Part shown: positions 8,817 to 16,526 of the stretch, in pieces | How the letters are laid out: every line of letters begins with the position of its first letter | Position numbering within the stretch: the first letter of the stretch is position 1 | NCBI GenBank assembly: GCA_037139435.1 | Contig: JBAXGK010000001.1 | Location: forward strand, 1-29,291 | Direction of reading: 5' to 3' | Origin: Candidatus Omnitrophota bacterium | Lineage (GTDB): Bacteria > Omnitrophota > Omnitrophia > Omnitrophales > Aquincolibacteriaceae | Length of the DNA stretch: 29,291 nt | Notes under the pieces: model-generated | What the model saw: only the letters and a program-made list of their open reading frames with translations | Databases searched by the model: none | What the model was told of the DNA's origin: nothing | Made by a program: the position numbers and the translations under genes

Positions 8817-9032
8817 CTATCCATACCACTGCCGGTCCAAACTCCGGTATTGGATCGCCTCGGCCCCAACTTTTCCATTCTTTTCCAAAATGGTAGTTGG
8901 GACGGCCCCAATCTCCACGGCGTTTCGATTGATTGGTATTGGGACCGCGATATGCTCGCTTTGAATTTGCTCGCAGCCCGCTAAGCCCGCGATAGTGCGG
9001 CCAATTTTTGGGATCTTGTAATAGGCCTTGCG
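8817..9032 (-). pseudogene. comM: 3'-terminal fragment of comM/yifB (Mg-chelatase-like ATPase), split by an 84-bp in-frame insertion
   Basis: Translates RKAYYKIPKIGRTIAGLAGCEQIQSEHIA [28-aa insert] EAIQYRSLDRQWYG*, matching the ComM/YifB C-terminal consensus I recall (R-A-Y-x-R-I-L-K-V-A-R-T-I-A-D-L...E-H-I-A-E-A-I-Q-Y-R). Confidence 0.85.
8865..8948. repeat. 42-bp-period repeat family, two tandem units (C plus A) inserted in the comM fragment
   Basis: CCCAAC 8865, GTTGGG 8896, CCCAAT 8907, ATTGGG 8938; 5-bp linkers TCGGC/ACGGC/ACCGC; total length 84 = 2 x 42. Confidence 0.9.
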
Positions 9033-9073
9033 AAGCAGTAAAAAAGGTGACGGTCCTCTTTTAGTCAACACAC

Positions 9074-9115
9074 CTACCACGGCCCATACAAGCTTTTATG
9101 TTGAATCGCCTCCGC
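9074..9115 (-). pseudogene. Second, more degenerate comM 3' tail
   Basis: Minus strand reads AEAIQHKSLYGPW*, aligning with AEAIQYRSLDRQW of the copy at 8817-8864. Confidence 0.65.
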
Positions 9116-9167
9116 AGCTGTAGGCGTTAAGCTGGAAATTCAAAGCGGTTGCGTTATACTACGAGCC

Positions 9168-10826
9168 ATGTTGAATCAACTTCACATCAGAAATTTCGCG
9201 CTGATCGAGGACCTGACGCTTGAATTCTCCGGGCAAATGAACGTGCTTACGGGGGAAACGGGTGCTGGCAAATCCATTTTAATCGATGCGATCCGTTTCG
9301 TCTTGGGCGAGCGGCTGGACGGGCTCAGGACGGAGCCGAGCGAGAAACCCTGCCAGGTGGAAGCTGCGTTCGAGCTCCGGGAAGACTTCCTCAAGAAACA
9401 GCCTGCGCTCGAGCCTTACCTTAACGAAGATGGCCTGGTCATCCTGCGCCGGGAATTCTCCCAGGGAAAGACCCGCGCGTGGATCAATAACCGCCTCGTG
9501 CCACTCTCCATTCTGAAAGAAGCCGGCGCTTCTCTGATCGATATCCATGGACAGCATGACCACCAGCAGCTGCTGGATAGCGCCGTGCATCTTGATATTC
9601 TCGACCGTTTTGCCAAGATTGAACCTCTGAAGGAAGACTACCGTATCCTCTATGAGCAGTATGCCCGTTTAAAGAAGGAGCAGGGAGAGCTCGCGGAGCT
9701 TGAGGACCACAAGGAACGGGAGCTCGACGTTTTGAAATACCAAGTAGACGAAATTGAACGCGCGGAGATCAAGGATCTGAATGAAGAAGACCTGGAATTG
9801 GAGCGCATGCGGCTCGCGAACGCAGAGAAACTTGCCGAGATCGTAACGCATGCACTTGCGGTTCTGGATGAAAACGATACAAACGCGGACGGTTTTTTAT
9901 CCGAAGCCGTGCGCGATCTTAGAAGTCTCGTCAAATTCGATAGCTCGGTCGAAAAGATCAAAACCGATTGCGAGAACGTGCAGTACTCACTCCAGGAGGC
10001 CGTGAGCGCTCTTCGGGATTACCGGGAGAAACTCACGTTTGATCCGGACCGTCTCAAGGAGTTGGACAGTCAGGCCAATCTTCTCGACCATCTCAAACGG
10101 AAATATGGCGGGACGCATGCCAAGGTGCTCGAATTCTACCGGGAGGCCAAAGCGAAATACGACAAACTGATCGACATGGACATGACGAAGAAGGACCTGC
10201 GGAGGGAGATGGAGGGGCTGGAACCGAAGTTGCAGGAGGCCGCGCTTAAATTCTCCGAGAAACGGAAAAAGGCGGGGGGGCTCCTTGAAAAGTCGATCGA
10301 GTCTGAATTGAAGGACCTTCAGATTGCACACGCGGAGTTCGAGGTGCGGATCGAAAGGACGGGTTTTTCTGCGGAAGGGATGGACCACGTGGAATTTCTA
10401 GCGCGCATGAATCCTGGCCAGCCGATGCTTGCGATCGCGAAGATCATTTCCGGCGGCGAAGCGTCCCGCGTGATGCTCGCCATGAAAAAGGCGCTTATGC
10501 AGGTCGATCTCGTGCCCGTCCTTATCTTTGATGAGATCGATACCAATATCGGCGGACGCTTGGGCAACGTTACCGGCCAAAAACTCAAAAGCATCTCTGG
10601 CGAGCGGCAGGTGCTGCTCGTGACCCATTTGCCGCAGATCGCGTCTTTCGCGGACCGGCATCTTAAAGTGACCAAGTCCGTCGAAAAGGGCCGGACGATG
10701 GTCCGGTATCAGGTACTCGAAGGCGAGGCCCAAGTGCGGGAGCTCGCACAGATGATGAGCGGTCAGCAGGAAAGCGAGATCTCACGGCGCCACGCTGAGG
10801 AAATGCTCGACCGCGCGAATTCCTGA
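9168..10826 (+). CDS. recN: DNA repair protein RecN
   Basis: LTGETGAGKSILIDA Walker A, IHGQHDHQQL, ISGGEASRVMLAMK, LIFDEIDTNIGG, VTHLPQIA. Confidence 0.97.
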   Translation: MLNQLHIRNFALIEDLTLEFSGQMNVLTGETGAGKSILIDAIRFVLGERLDGLRTEPSEKPCQVEAAFELREDFLKKQPALEPYLNEDGLVILRREFSQGKTRAWINNRLVPLSILKEAGASLIDIHGQHDHQQLLDSAVHLDILDRFAKIEPLKEDYRILYEQYARLKKEQGELAELEDHKERELDVLKYQVDEIERAEIKDLNEEDLELERMRLANAEKLAEIVTHALAVLDENDTNADGFLSEAVRDLRSLVKFDSSVEKIKTDCENVQYSLQEAVSALRDYREKLTFDPDRLKELDSQANLLDHLKRKYGGTHAKVLEFYREAKAKYDKLIDMDMTKKDLRREMEGLEPKLQEAALKFSEKRKKAGGLLEKSIESELKDLQIAHAEFEVRIERTGFSAEGMDHVEFLARMNPGQPMLAIAKIISGGEASRVMLAMKKALMQVDLVPVLIFDEIDTNIGGRLGNVTGQKLKSISGERQVLLVTHLPQIASFADRHLKVTKSVEKGRTMVRYQVLEGEAQVRELAQMMSGQQESEISRRHAEEMLDRANS

Positions 10827-10840
10827 CGAGGATATCTTTT

Positions 10841-11138
10841 ATGGAAAAATTAACCAGCGGTCCAGGTTGGTCTCTCAGTTCCGATGAGCCGAGTCCTGCG
10901 ATCAAAAAGAAAATCCAAACACCCCCAAGCCCGTGATCCATTTGGAAAAAAGGACCTGGAAATACGTGAAGGTCGTCTCCGGGCTCCACATCTATGGCTC
11001 AGAGAGATTGAAGGGGTGGCCCGTGAATGGAAGACGCTTTGTGGGGCCGGCGGCACGGTCAAGAACGGGGCCATTGAGATCCAGGGCGATAAGGTTCCGT
11101 TGATCCGACAATGGTTTTTAAAGAGAGCCTCCCGGTGA
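10841..11138 (+). pseudogene. yciH: SUI1/YciH-like translation initiation factor with two apparent -1 frameshifts (pseudogene or assembly error)
   Basis: ATG 10841 with GAGGA RBS. Three frames in succession give MEKLTSGPGWSLSSDEPSPAIKK / ENPNTPKPVIHLEKRTWKYVKVVSGLHIYGSERLK / GVAREWKTLCGAGGTVKNGAIEIQGD. Span is 298 nt; adding 2 nt restores a 99-aa ORF. Confidence 0.7.
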
Positions 11139-11141
11139 TTT

Positions 11142-11531
11142 TTACAGATTTGCGCGGATCTTATCAGCGGCCTGGGTGAGCTCTTCAGGAGTTGCGGCTT
11201 TGGCGCGGGCGAAGCTGAGGTCGCCGACACTATTGATCGGGATAAGATGGATGTGGGCGTGCGGGACTTCAATCCCGGCGACCATGATACCGACTTTCTT
11301 GCAGGGGAAGGCCTCCCCGATCGCTTTGGCGACCTTCTTGGCGAATACCATCAGCCCTTTTAACAGCTCATCCTCCACATCAAAAATATAATCAACCTCT
11401 TGCTTGGGGATGACGAGCGTATGGCCGGGATTCACCGGACGGATATCGAGGAATGCGAGATATCGGTTGTCTTCGAGGATCTTGTGGGCGGGGATCTCTC
11501 CCGCGAGGATCTTGGTGAAAATAGTAGGCAT
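11142..11531 (-). CDS. HIT family nucleotide-binding protein
   Basis: Start MPTIFTKILAGEIP at 11531; DIRPVNPGHTLVIPK; HIT motif VPHAHIHLIP. The ORF-track extension to 11723 is judged spurious. Confidence 0.92.
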   Translation of the reverse strand: MPTIFTKILAGEIPAHKILEDNRYLAFLDIRPVNPGHTLVIPKQEVDYIFDVEDELLKGLMVFAKKVAKAIGEAFPCKKVGIMVAGIEVPHAHIHLIPINSVGDLSFARAKAATPEELTQAADKIRANL

Positions 11532-11537
11532 GGGCTC

Positions 11538-11650
11538 CCCCGTTAGAGATAGGAGGCGCTCCGAAAGCGCTCCCGTGAGTTTCTGGAATTGACTGACAGG
11601 AAACGAACTGTTGAAATCTGGGGAAATTATAGGACCAATCTCTAACGGGG
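11538..11650 (-). repeat. MITE-like element with perfect 13-bp inverted ends (second copy)
   Basis: CCCCGTTAGAGAT 11538-11550 and ATCTCTAACGGGG 11638-11650; subterminal hairpin homologous to that of 5740-5867. Confidence 0.7.
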
Positions 11651-11806
11651 TAAACCTCCTTTTTGAGAGCGATATAGTTTTTTTAATGAAATGCGGTACA
11701 ATATTCCAAGACGTGCTTCTCATGCTGCGGTTTCCATAGGTAGTATGGGCCCAAGCCCTTATTTTTTCATGAAAAGTAACTTCGATAAAAAAACAGGGGG
11801 TTTAAG

Positions 11807-12148
11807 ATGGCAGATGAAAATAAAAATACAGTGATGGGCGTGACGGAGAATCTCGAAGGGCTTCTTTGCTATGCGCTGGGCTGGGTGACGGGACTTGTTT
11901 TTCTGCTTCTCGAACAGAAGAACGCGTTCGTGCGTTTTCACGCGCTTCAGTCGCTGGTAACCTTCCTAGCGCTTTTCATCGTCTCGGTGGTGGCCGGGTT
12001 TATTCCGGTTCTTGGAGTTTTGATGGGATTGCTCCTCTGGATTTTGGGAGTGGTCCTCTGGATCGTTCTGATGGTGAAGGCTTATAAAGGGGAACGTTAC
12101 AAACTGCCTGTCATCGGTGATTTCGTCGAACAGCAGCTCGGAAAATAA
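11807..12148 (+). CDS. DUF4870-like small membrane protein
   Basis: ENLEGLLCY...FVRFHALQSL...AYKGERYKLPVIG; three TM helices. Confidence 0.85.
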   Translation: MADENKNTVMGVTENLEGLLCYALGWVTGLVFLLLEQKNAFVRFHALQSLVTFLALFIVSVVAGFIPVLGVLMGLLLWILGVVLWIVLMVKAYKGERYKLPVIGDFVEQQLGK

Positions 12149-12156
12149 CAAAGAAG

Positions 12157-12223
12157 CACAACGGTCAACGCGCAACGGTCAACGAATGGATTTTCGTTTT
12201 CACGTTGCGCGTTGTGCGTTGCG
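12157..12223. repeat. Inverted heptamer array (NNCAACG x4 / CGTTGNN x3)
   Basis: CACAACG GTCAACG CGCAACG GTCAACG (12157-12184), then CGTTGCG CGTTGTG CGTTGCG (12203-12223). Confidence 0.85.
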
Positions 12224-12259
12224 CGGGAACAATGAGTCACACTTCTTTTCTCTCCTCCC

Positions 12260-12625
12260 ATGAACGATTTTAGCTGCCAACGCTGCAGCGCCTGTTGTCG
12301 CCAGCCCGGTTTCGTCTATCTTAAGGAAGGGGAGGCCGAACGTCTTGCCGCTCGTCTTGCGATGGACCTTTACCCGTTCACAGAAACGCATTGTCTTCTC
12401 ATGGACCGGCAGCATCTTGTGCTTAAAAATCGTCCCGATGAAACGTGTCTCTTTCTTGAAGCTAATGGTTGTCAGGTCTACGATGCAAGACCCCTTCAAT
12501 GCCGTGATTTTCCCTTGCGCTGGAAAACAGAAAAAAGTTTGAGCTACTGCGAAGGGTTGAAAGGGATCGAGCGACGCGAGAATGATGCTGCGGGGAAACT
12601 ACGGCGCGACGATTTTGGCGGCTAG
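12260..12625 (+). CDS. YkgJ-like Cys-cluster (zinc/iron-chelating domain) protein
   Basis: FSCQRCSACC...CLFLEANGCQVYDARPLQCRDFP...C. Confidence 0.88.
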   Translation: MNDFSCQRCSACCRQPGFVYLKEGEAERLAARLAMDLYPFTETHCLLMDRQHLVLKNRPDETCLFLEANGCQVYDARPLQCRDFPLRWKTEKSLSYCEGLKGIERRENDAAGKLRRDDFGG

Positions 12626-13993
12626 GTTCAAGCTTGCTTTCAAATCCGCCTCTTCGGATTTCGGCGCCGGAGGGGCTGGGGGGAGCGTAAAGATGAACCG
12701 GGATCCTTTGCCTGGCTCGCTTTCGAGCCAGATCTTCCCGCCGTGCATTTCCACGAATTGTTTGCTAATGGCAAGTCCCAAGCCGGTTCCTTTATGGCTC
12801 TGCTCAGAAGTTCGCCCTGCCTGCTCGTAAGCCTGGAAAACGGCCGTCTGATCTTTTAAATCGATCCCGGGTCCCGAATCTTCCACCGTGATCCTCGCTC
12901 CGCCATCGGGCTCTTTTGTCAGGGCAATATGGACAAAGCCTTTCTGGGTGAATTTCAGAGAGTTCGAGAGGAGATTGTAGAGGATTTGACGGACCTTGAG
13001 CTCGTCCGCCGTAATCTGGAGATGGGCCGGTTTTTCCGTGAATCGAAGGGTGAGACGTTTGGTGAGGGCTTCTTCACAAAAGAGATCGATCGCTGTGTGG
13101 ATGACCTTTACAAGCTCGATCGGATGGAGCGATAGCTGGATCTTTTTGGACTCGATCTTGGACAGGTCAAGAACGTCGTTGATGAGCTCGCGAAGATGCT
13201 TCCCGCTGCGCTCCACGCGAGAAAGGAAATCCTTTTGCTTTTCGGTGAGCGGTTCGGTTGGGCTTTCGAGCAAGAGCTGGGAAAACCCAAGGATCGAGTT
13301 CAGGGGCGCGCGGATCTCATGGCTCATACGGGCAAAATAATCGGTCTGCAAGTGATGGGCATATTTGACTTTAGCGCTTGTTTCCCGGAGTTCCCAAAGT
13401 AGTTCTTCGAGACGCTCGTCCTTTTTCACAAGAGCCGAGGCCATGAATCTTATGAAGATCGCGATCAGGTAGAAGAAGGCGATGTGTCGCACGACGATAG
13501 CCGTTTGCTGGACCATGTTTAGGTCCGAGCCGAGTGAGACAGTCTGCGGGATGATATTTAAATTCCCGAGAACGATCAATCCCGCATAAAGAGCCGAGGC
13601 AAGGGTCGCCATCTGGAGGGTCAGAATGGTCGGCAGATTGAGCGCGCAGTAGACGATCGAGATGAAGAAGCAGGAGGCGTAGATGAAAAGGTCCACGTTC
13701 CCCAAAAGGTGCATAGCGGCGGTTTCTGCCAGGAAGTCGATTATGACGGAAGCGATCAAAGCATCAGTCCCTGAGCGGATATTGGTAAAAAGCCCCTTGT
13801 AGGGGTAGTTGACGAAGAGCTCGACAGCTATCACGAGGTAGAGGGGCCAAAGGTTTTGGATCGTGAAATTTCCCCACTTGCAAGTCAGGGAGTAAAGGGG
13901 AATAAGAAGTAGAATGGTGAGGATGCGGAGCTGATAAAGTTGGCAAGCTTTCTGGTAAATCTCAGCGATCGAAGTTCTTCCCGTGATTCTCAT
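12599..13993 (-). CDS. Membrane sensor histidine kinase (HisKA plus HATPase, no receiver domain)
   Basis: Multi-TM N-terminus; H box MSHEIRAPLNSILGF; N box QILYNLLSNSLKFT; G boxes DSGPGI and GTGLGLAI. Start 13993 chosen for the GAGG RBS; 14002 or 14062 are possible. Confidence 0.9.
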   Translation of the reverse strand: MRITGRTSIAEIYQKACQLYQLRILTILLLIPLYSLTCKWGNFTIQNLWPLYLVIAVELFVNYPYKGLFTNIRSGTDALIASVIIDFLAETAAMHLLGNVDLFIYASCFFISIVYCALNLPTILTLQMATLASALYAGLIVLGNLNIIPQTVSLGSDLNMVQQTAIVVRHIAFFYLIAIFIRFMASALVKKDERLEELLWELRETSAKVKYAHHLQTDYFARMSHEIRAPLNSILGFSQLLLESPTEPLTEKQKDFLSRVERSGKHLRELINDVLDLSKIESKKIQLSLHPIELVKVIHTAIDLFCEEALTKRLTLRFTEKPAHLQITADELKVRQILYNLLSNSLKFTQKGFVHIALTKEPDGGARITVEDSGPGIDLKDQTAVFQAYEQAGRTSEQSHKGTGLGLAISKQFVEMHGGKIWLESEPGKGSRFIFTLPPAPPAPKSEEADLKASLNLAAKIVAP

Positions 13994-14152
13994 GATGTGC
14001 ATCCTCAGAAATTGATGGGTCCCTTCAAGCGGGATTGCTCTTATAATAGCTAAGCGCGCCATGAAAAGGAAATCTATTCTTCGTCTGAGAAGTGAGAAGC
14101 TTGTGGCGAGGTGCTTGCTGGCTGTTATCTCTATCTTTTCTTATTGGTGACA

Positions 14153-14239
14153 GGGACAGCCCCAATCTCAGCTATGTTTCGATCGATCGGGATTGGGACG
14201 GCCCCTATTTCAACTGCATTGAAATTGATGGGTATTGGG
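14153..14239. repeat. 42-bp-period repeat family, A plus B units
   Basis: GGGA(C/T) at 14153, 14195 and 14237 (42-nt period); units cccaat...attggg 14161-14197 and ccctat...attggg 14203-14239. Confidence 0.9.
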
Positions 14240-14289
14240 ATTAAAATGAACCGTTGCTTTTAAAGCTCTCATTGCATGAAAGGAGTCCC

Positions 14290-15396
14290 ATGGACACGAA
14301 TGCTTATTTGACGGATTGTCTAGAGGCGGTTATCGAACAGAGGGGGCAGGACGTTTTTTTAAAGGCAGGAGTGCCTCCCCGTATACGTCTTGGGGGGCAA
14401 GTGGTGTCGCTTCCTTTGAAGGGACTTTCCGGAGAAGAAATCCATGAGCTTGCTACTGAGCTCTTGGATCCCCACCAACAGGAAATGCTCCAAAAAAACA
14501 AGAGCGTGGATTTTGGATTCTCTTTCCATGAGCGGGGCTGTCGGTTTCGGGCCAACGCTTTTTTTCAGCAGGGGGAGATCTCCCTGGTTTTTCGTTTGCT
14601 CTGGAAAGGCATTCCGAGCTTTGAAGAACTTCGGTTGCCGCCGATTCTGAAAAGGGTCGCTCTCGAGAAATCCGGGATCATTCTTATCGGAGGAACGGTC
14701 TCTTCCGGGAAGACCACCACGGTCGCGGCCATGGTTCGGACTATGAATGAGAGCGTTCAAAAGCATATTCTAACGATTGAGGATCCTGTGGAATATCTGC
14801 ATGAGGACAATAAGTGCCTCATCCAGCAGCGCGAGATCGGGCAGGATGCTGAAAATTTTAGTTCGGCGCTGAAATACATGGTGCGTCAGTCTCCCGACGT
14901 AATCGTGATCGGTGAGATGCGCGACGCGGAGTCCTTCAGCTTCGCGCTTTCCGCGGCCGAGGTAGGGAGGCTTGTGATCTCTACCGTTCATGCTCAATCT
15001 GCGGACCAGGTTTTTGATCGCGTGATGGGGTTCTTTCCGCCCTCCGAAAGGGAAGCGGCTTTGCGTTATTTTGCAGCTAATATGTCCTGCATCATGGTCC
15101 AGAAACTTTTAGTGGCTAAGGATGGGAAGCTGCTTGTACCTGCTGCAGAGGTGCTTTTGGGCAATTACACGATCAGGCAGCTGATCCTTGACAAAAAGAT
15201 CGACAAGATCCCGCAAGCCATGCGCAATGCCCGCGAAGATGGGATGCAGACGATGGATCAGTCAATCGTGGAGCTTTGGAAAGCCGGGATGATCAGTCAG
15301 GAGACTGCGATCAGCGCAAGCTCGTCGCCGGAAGATATTCAGGCGATGATGAAAGGAATCCGGATCGGTCAAGACACAAAGATCCTCGGAACTTGA
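14290..15396 (+). CDS. PilT/PilU-family type IV pilus retraction ATPase (PilU-like)
   Basis: ATG 14290 after AGGAG; RFRANAF, Walker A GGTVSSGKTTT, TIEDPVE, QREIG, RQSPDVIVIGEMRD, GMQTMDQ. Confidence 0.92.
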   Translation: MDTNAYLTDCLEAVIEQRGQDVFLKAGVPPRIRLGGQVVSLPLKGLSGEEIHELATELLDPHQQEMLQKNKSVDFGFSFHERGCRFRANAFFQQGEISLVFRLLWKGIPSFEELRLPPILKRVALEKSGIILIGGTVSSGKTTTVAAMVRTMNESVQKHILTIEDPVEYLHEDNKCLIQQREIGQDAENFSSALKYMVRQSPDVIVIGEMRDAESFSFALSAAEVGRLVISTVHAQSADQVFDRVMGFFPPSEREAALRYFAANMSCIMVQKLLVAKDGKLLVPAAEVLLGNYTIRQLILDKKIDKIPQAMRNAREDGMQTMDQSIVELWKAGMISQETAISASSSPEDIQAMMKGIRIGQDTKILGT

Positions 15397-15454
15397 GGAA
15401 GCGTCACGAAGACGCCGAGGAGCTGACAGGAAAAGAGAGTCTTTGAAGCGGGCC

Positions 15455-16510
15455 TTACGAGACGTATTTTTCGCGGTAAATTTTTATCAAAGCGAAGAAG
15501 ATAGAGAGTACCACGGGCGCCAAGAAGATCCCCATCAGGCCGTAGAATTTCATGCCCCCCATGATCCCAAAGAAAAGAAGGAAGTAGGGAAGCTTCGTTT
15601 TTTCTCCGATGATCGCCGGCTTCATGATGTTATCGAGCAGGCTGATCCCAAAAAATCCCACCACAAAAAGGATGATCGCCTTGGTATAGAATTGCATGAT
15701 CAAAAGATAGACCGCGATCGGGAACCATACGCTTGCCGCCCCCAGGATCGGGACAAGCGAGGTAAGAAAGATCAGGAATGTAAAAAAAAGCGGAATGGGG
15801 ACGCCCAAAGCCGTGAACATGACCCCCGCCACAGCCGCCTGCGTGATGCTGGTGAGAAGTTGTCCCCGTATGACGGCGACGAAGGTCTCGTGGATCTGCT
15901 TGAAAAGATGCTTCTTGGTCTCTTTCTCAAATGGCGATATTTCATAAATGAAATTGTAGATCTTTTCGCCATGTTTGAAGAAAACGAAAGTAAGAAAGGA
16001 CATAAAGAAAATATTCAGGAGGACAAAGAAGATGTTTTTGGTGAACGTTCCTGCCTGAGCTGCGGCAAGGTTCCCGACCGTCTTGGTGGTTCCGAGAAAC
16101 CAGGAGGACAGGCTGTCTTTCACGGGTTGGGAAGCAATGACGTGAGCTTGAACGTTCTGAAACCAGGGAAGTCCCCGCACCTGCTCGACGAGCTGCTCTA
16201 GTTTTCCATCGCGGACATAAGTGTAGGCCCACTGGGAAAATTCGATAATCTGGGTCGTCATGTTGATAACAACAAAGATGAGAGGCGGAACGACGACAAG
16301 GAATACAGCAACCGTCATGATGAGCGCGAGGGAATTGCTCCGTTTAGGGAACAATTTGCGGAGCTTTTCGTAGAGAGGATAGAAGGCGAACGAGAGGATC
16401 GCCGCCCAGAAAATAGCGGTGAAGAATGGGGCGAAGATGTTAAAGACCTGATAAATAATGAAAGCCAGGATACCAATAAAGAAAAACGAGATGAATTGTT
16501 CGCGTTTCAT
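15455..16510 (-). CDS. AI-2E family transporter
   Basis: Start MKREQFISFF (GGAGG upstream); PFFTAIFWAAILS, LVPILGAASVWFP, DNIMKPAIIG, FYGLMGIFLAPVVL. Confidence 0.9.
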   Translation of the reverse strand: MKREQFISFFFIGILAFIIYQVFNIFAPFFTAIFWAAILSFAFYPLYEKLRKLFPKRSNSLALIMTVAVFLVVVPPLIFVVINMTTQIIEFSQWAYTYVRDGKLEQLVEQVRGLPWFQNVQAHVIASQPVKDSLSSWFLGTTKTVGNLAAAQAGTFTKNIFFVLLNIFFMSFLTFVFFKHGEKIYNFIYEISPFEKETKKHLFKQIHETFVAVIRGQLLTSITQAAVAGVMFTALGVPIPLFFTFLIFLTSLVPILGAASVWFPIAVYLLIMQFYTKAIILFVVGFFGISLLDNIMKPAIIGEKTKLPYFLLFFGIMGGMKFYGLMGIFLAPVVLSIFFALIKIYREKYVS

Positions 16511-16526
16511 GGCTGTAGTCTCTTGG

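Noticed and set aside
8865-8901. CCCCAAC...GTTGGGA as an integron attC site
   Set aside because: Only 37 bp, below typical attC length; ends deviate from RYYYAAC/GTTRRRY; no L boxes or integrase seen.
10946-10952. AAAAAAG slippery heptamer as the cause of the SUI1 frameshift
   Set aside because: Its phase would shift between the wrong frames for restoring the SUI1-like product.
11532-11723. N-terminal extension of the HIT protein
   Set aside because: Runs through the MITE-like element; HIT homology begins at MPTIFTKI.
14153-14239. 42-bp-period units as a mini CRISPR array
   Set aside because: The 25-nt cores recur between loci instead of being unique spacers, arrays have at most two units, and no cas gene or leader is present.
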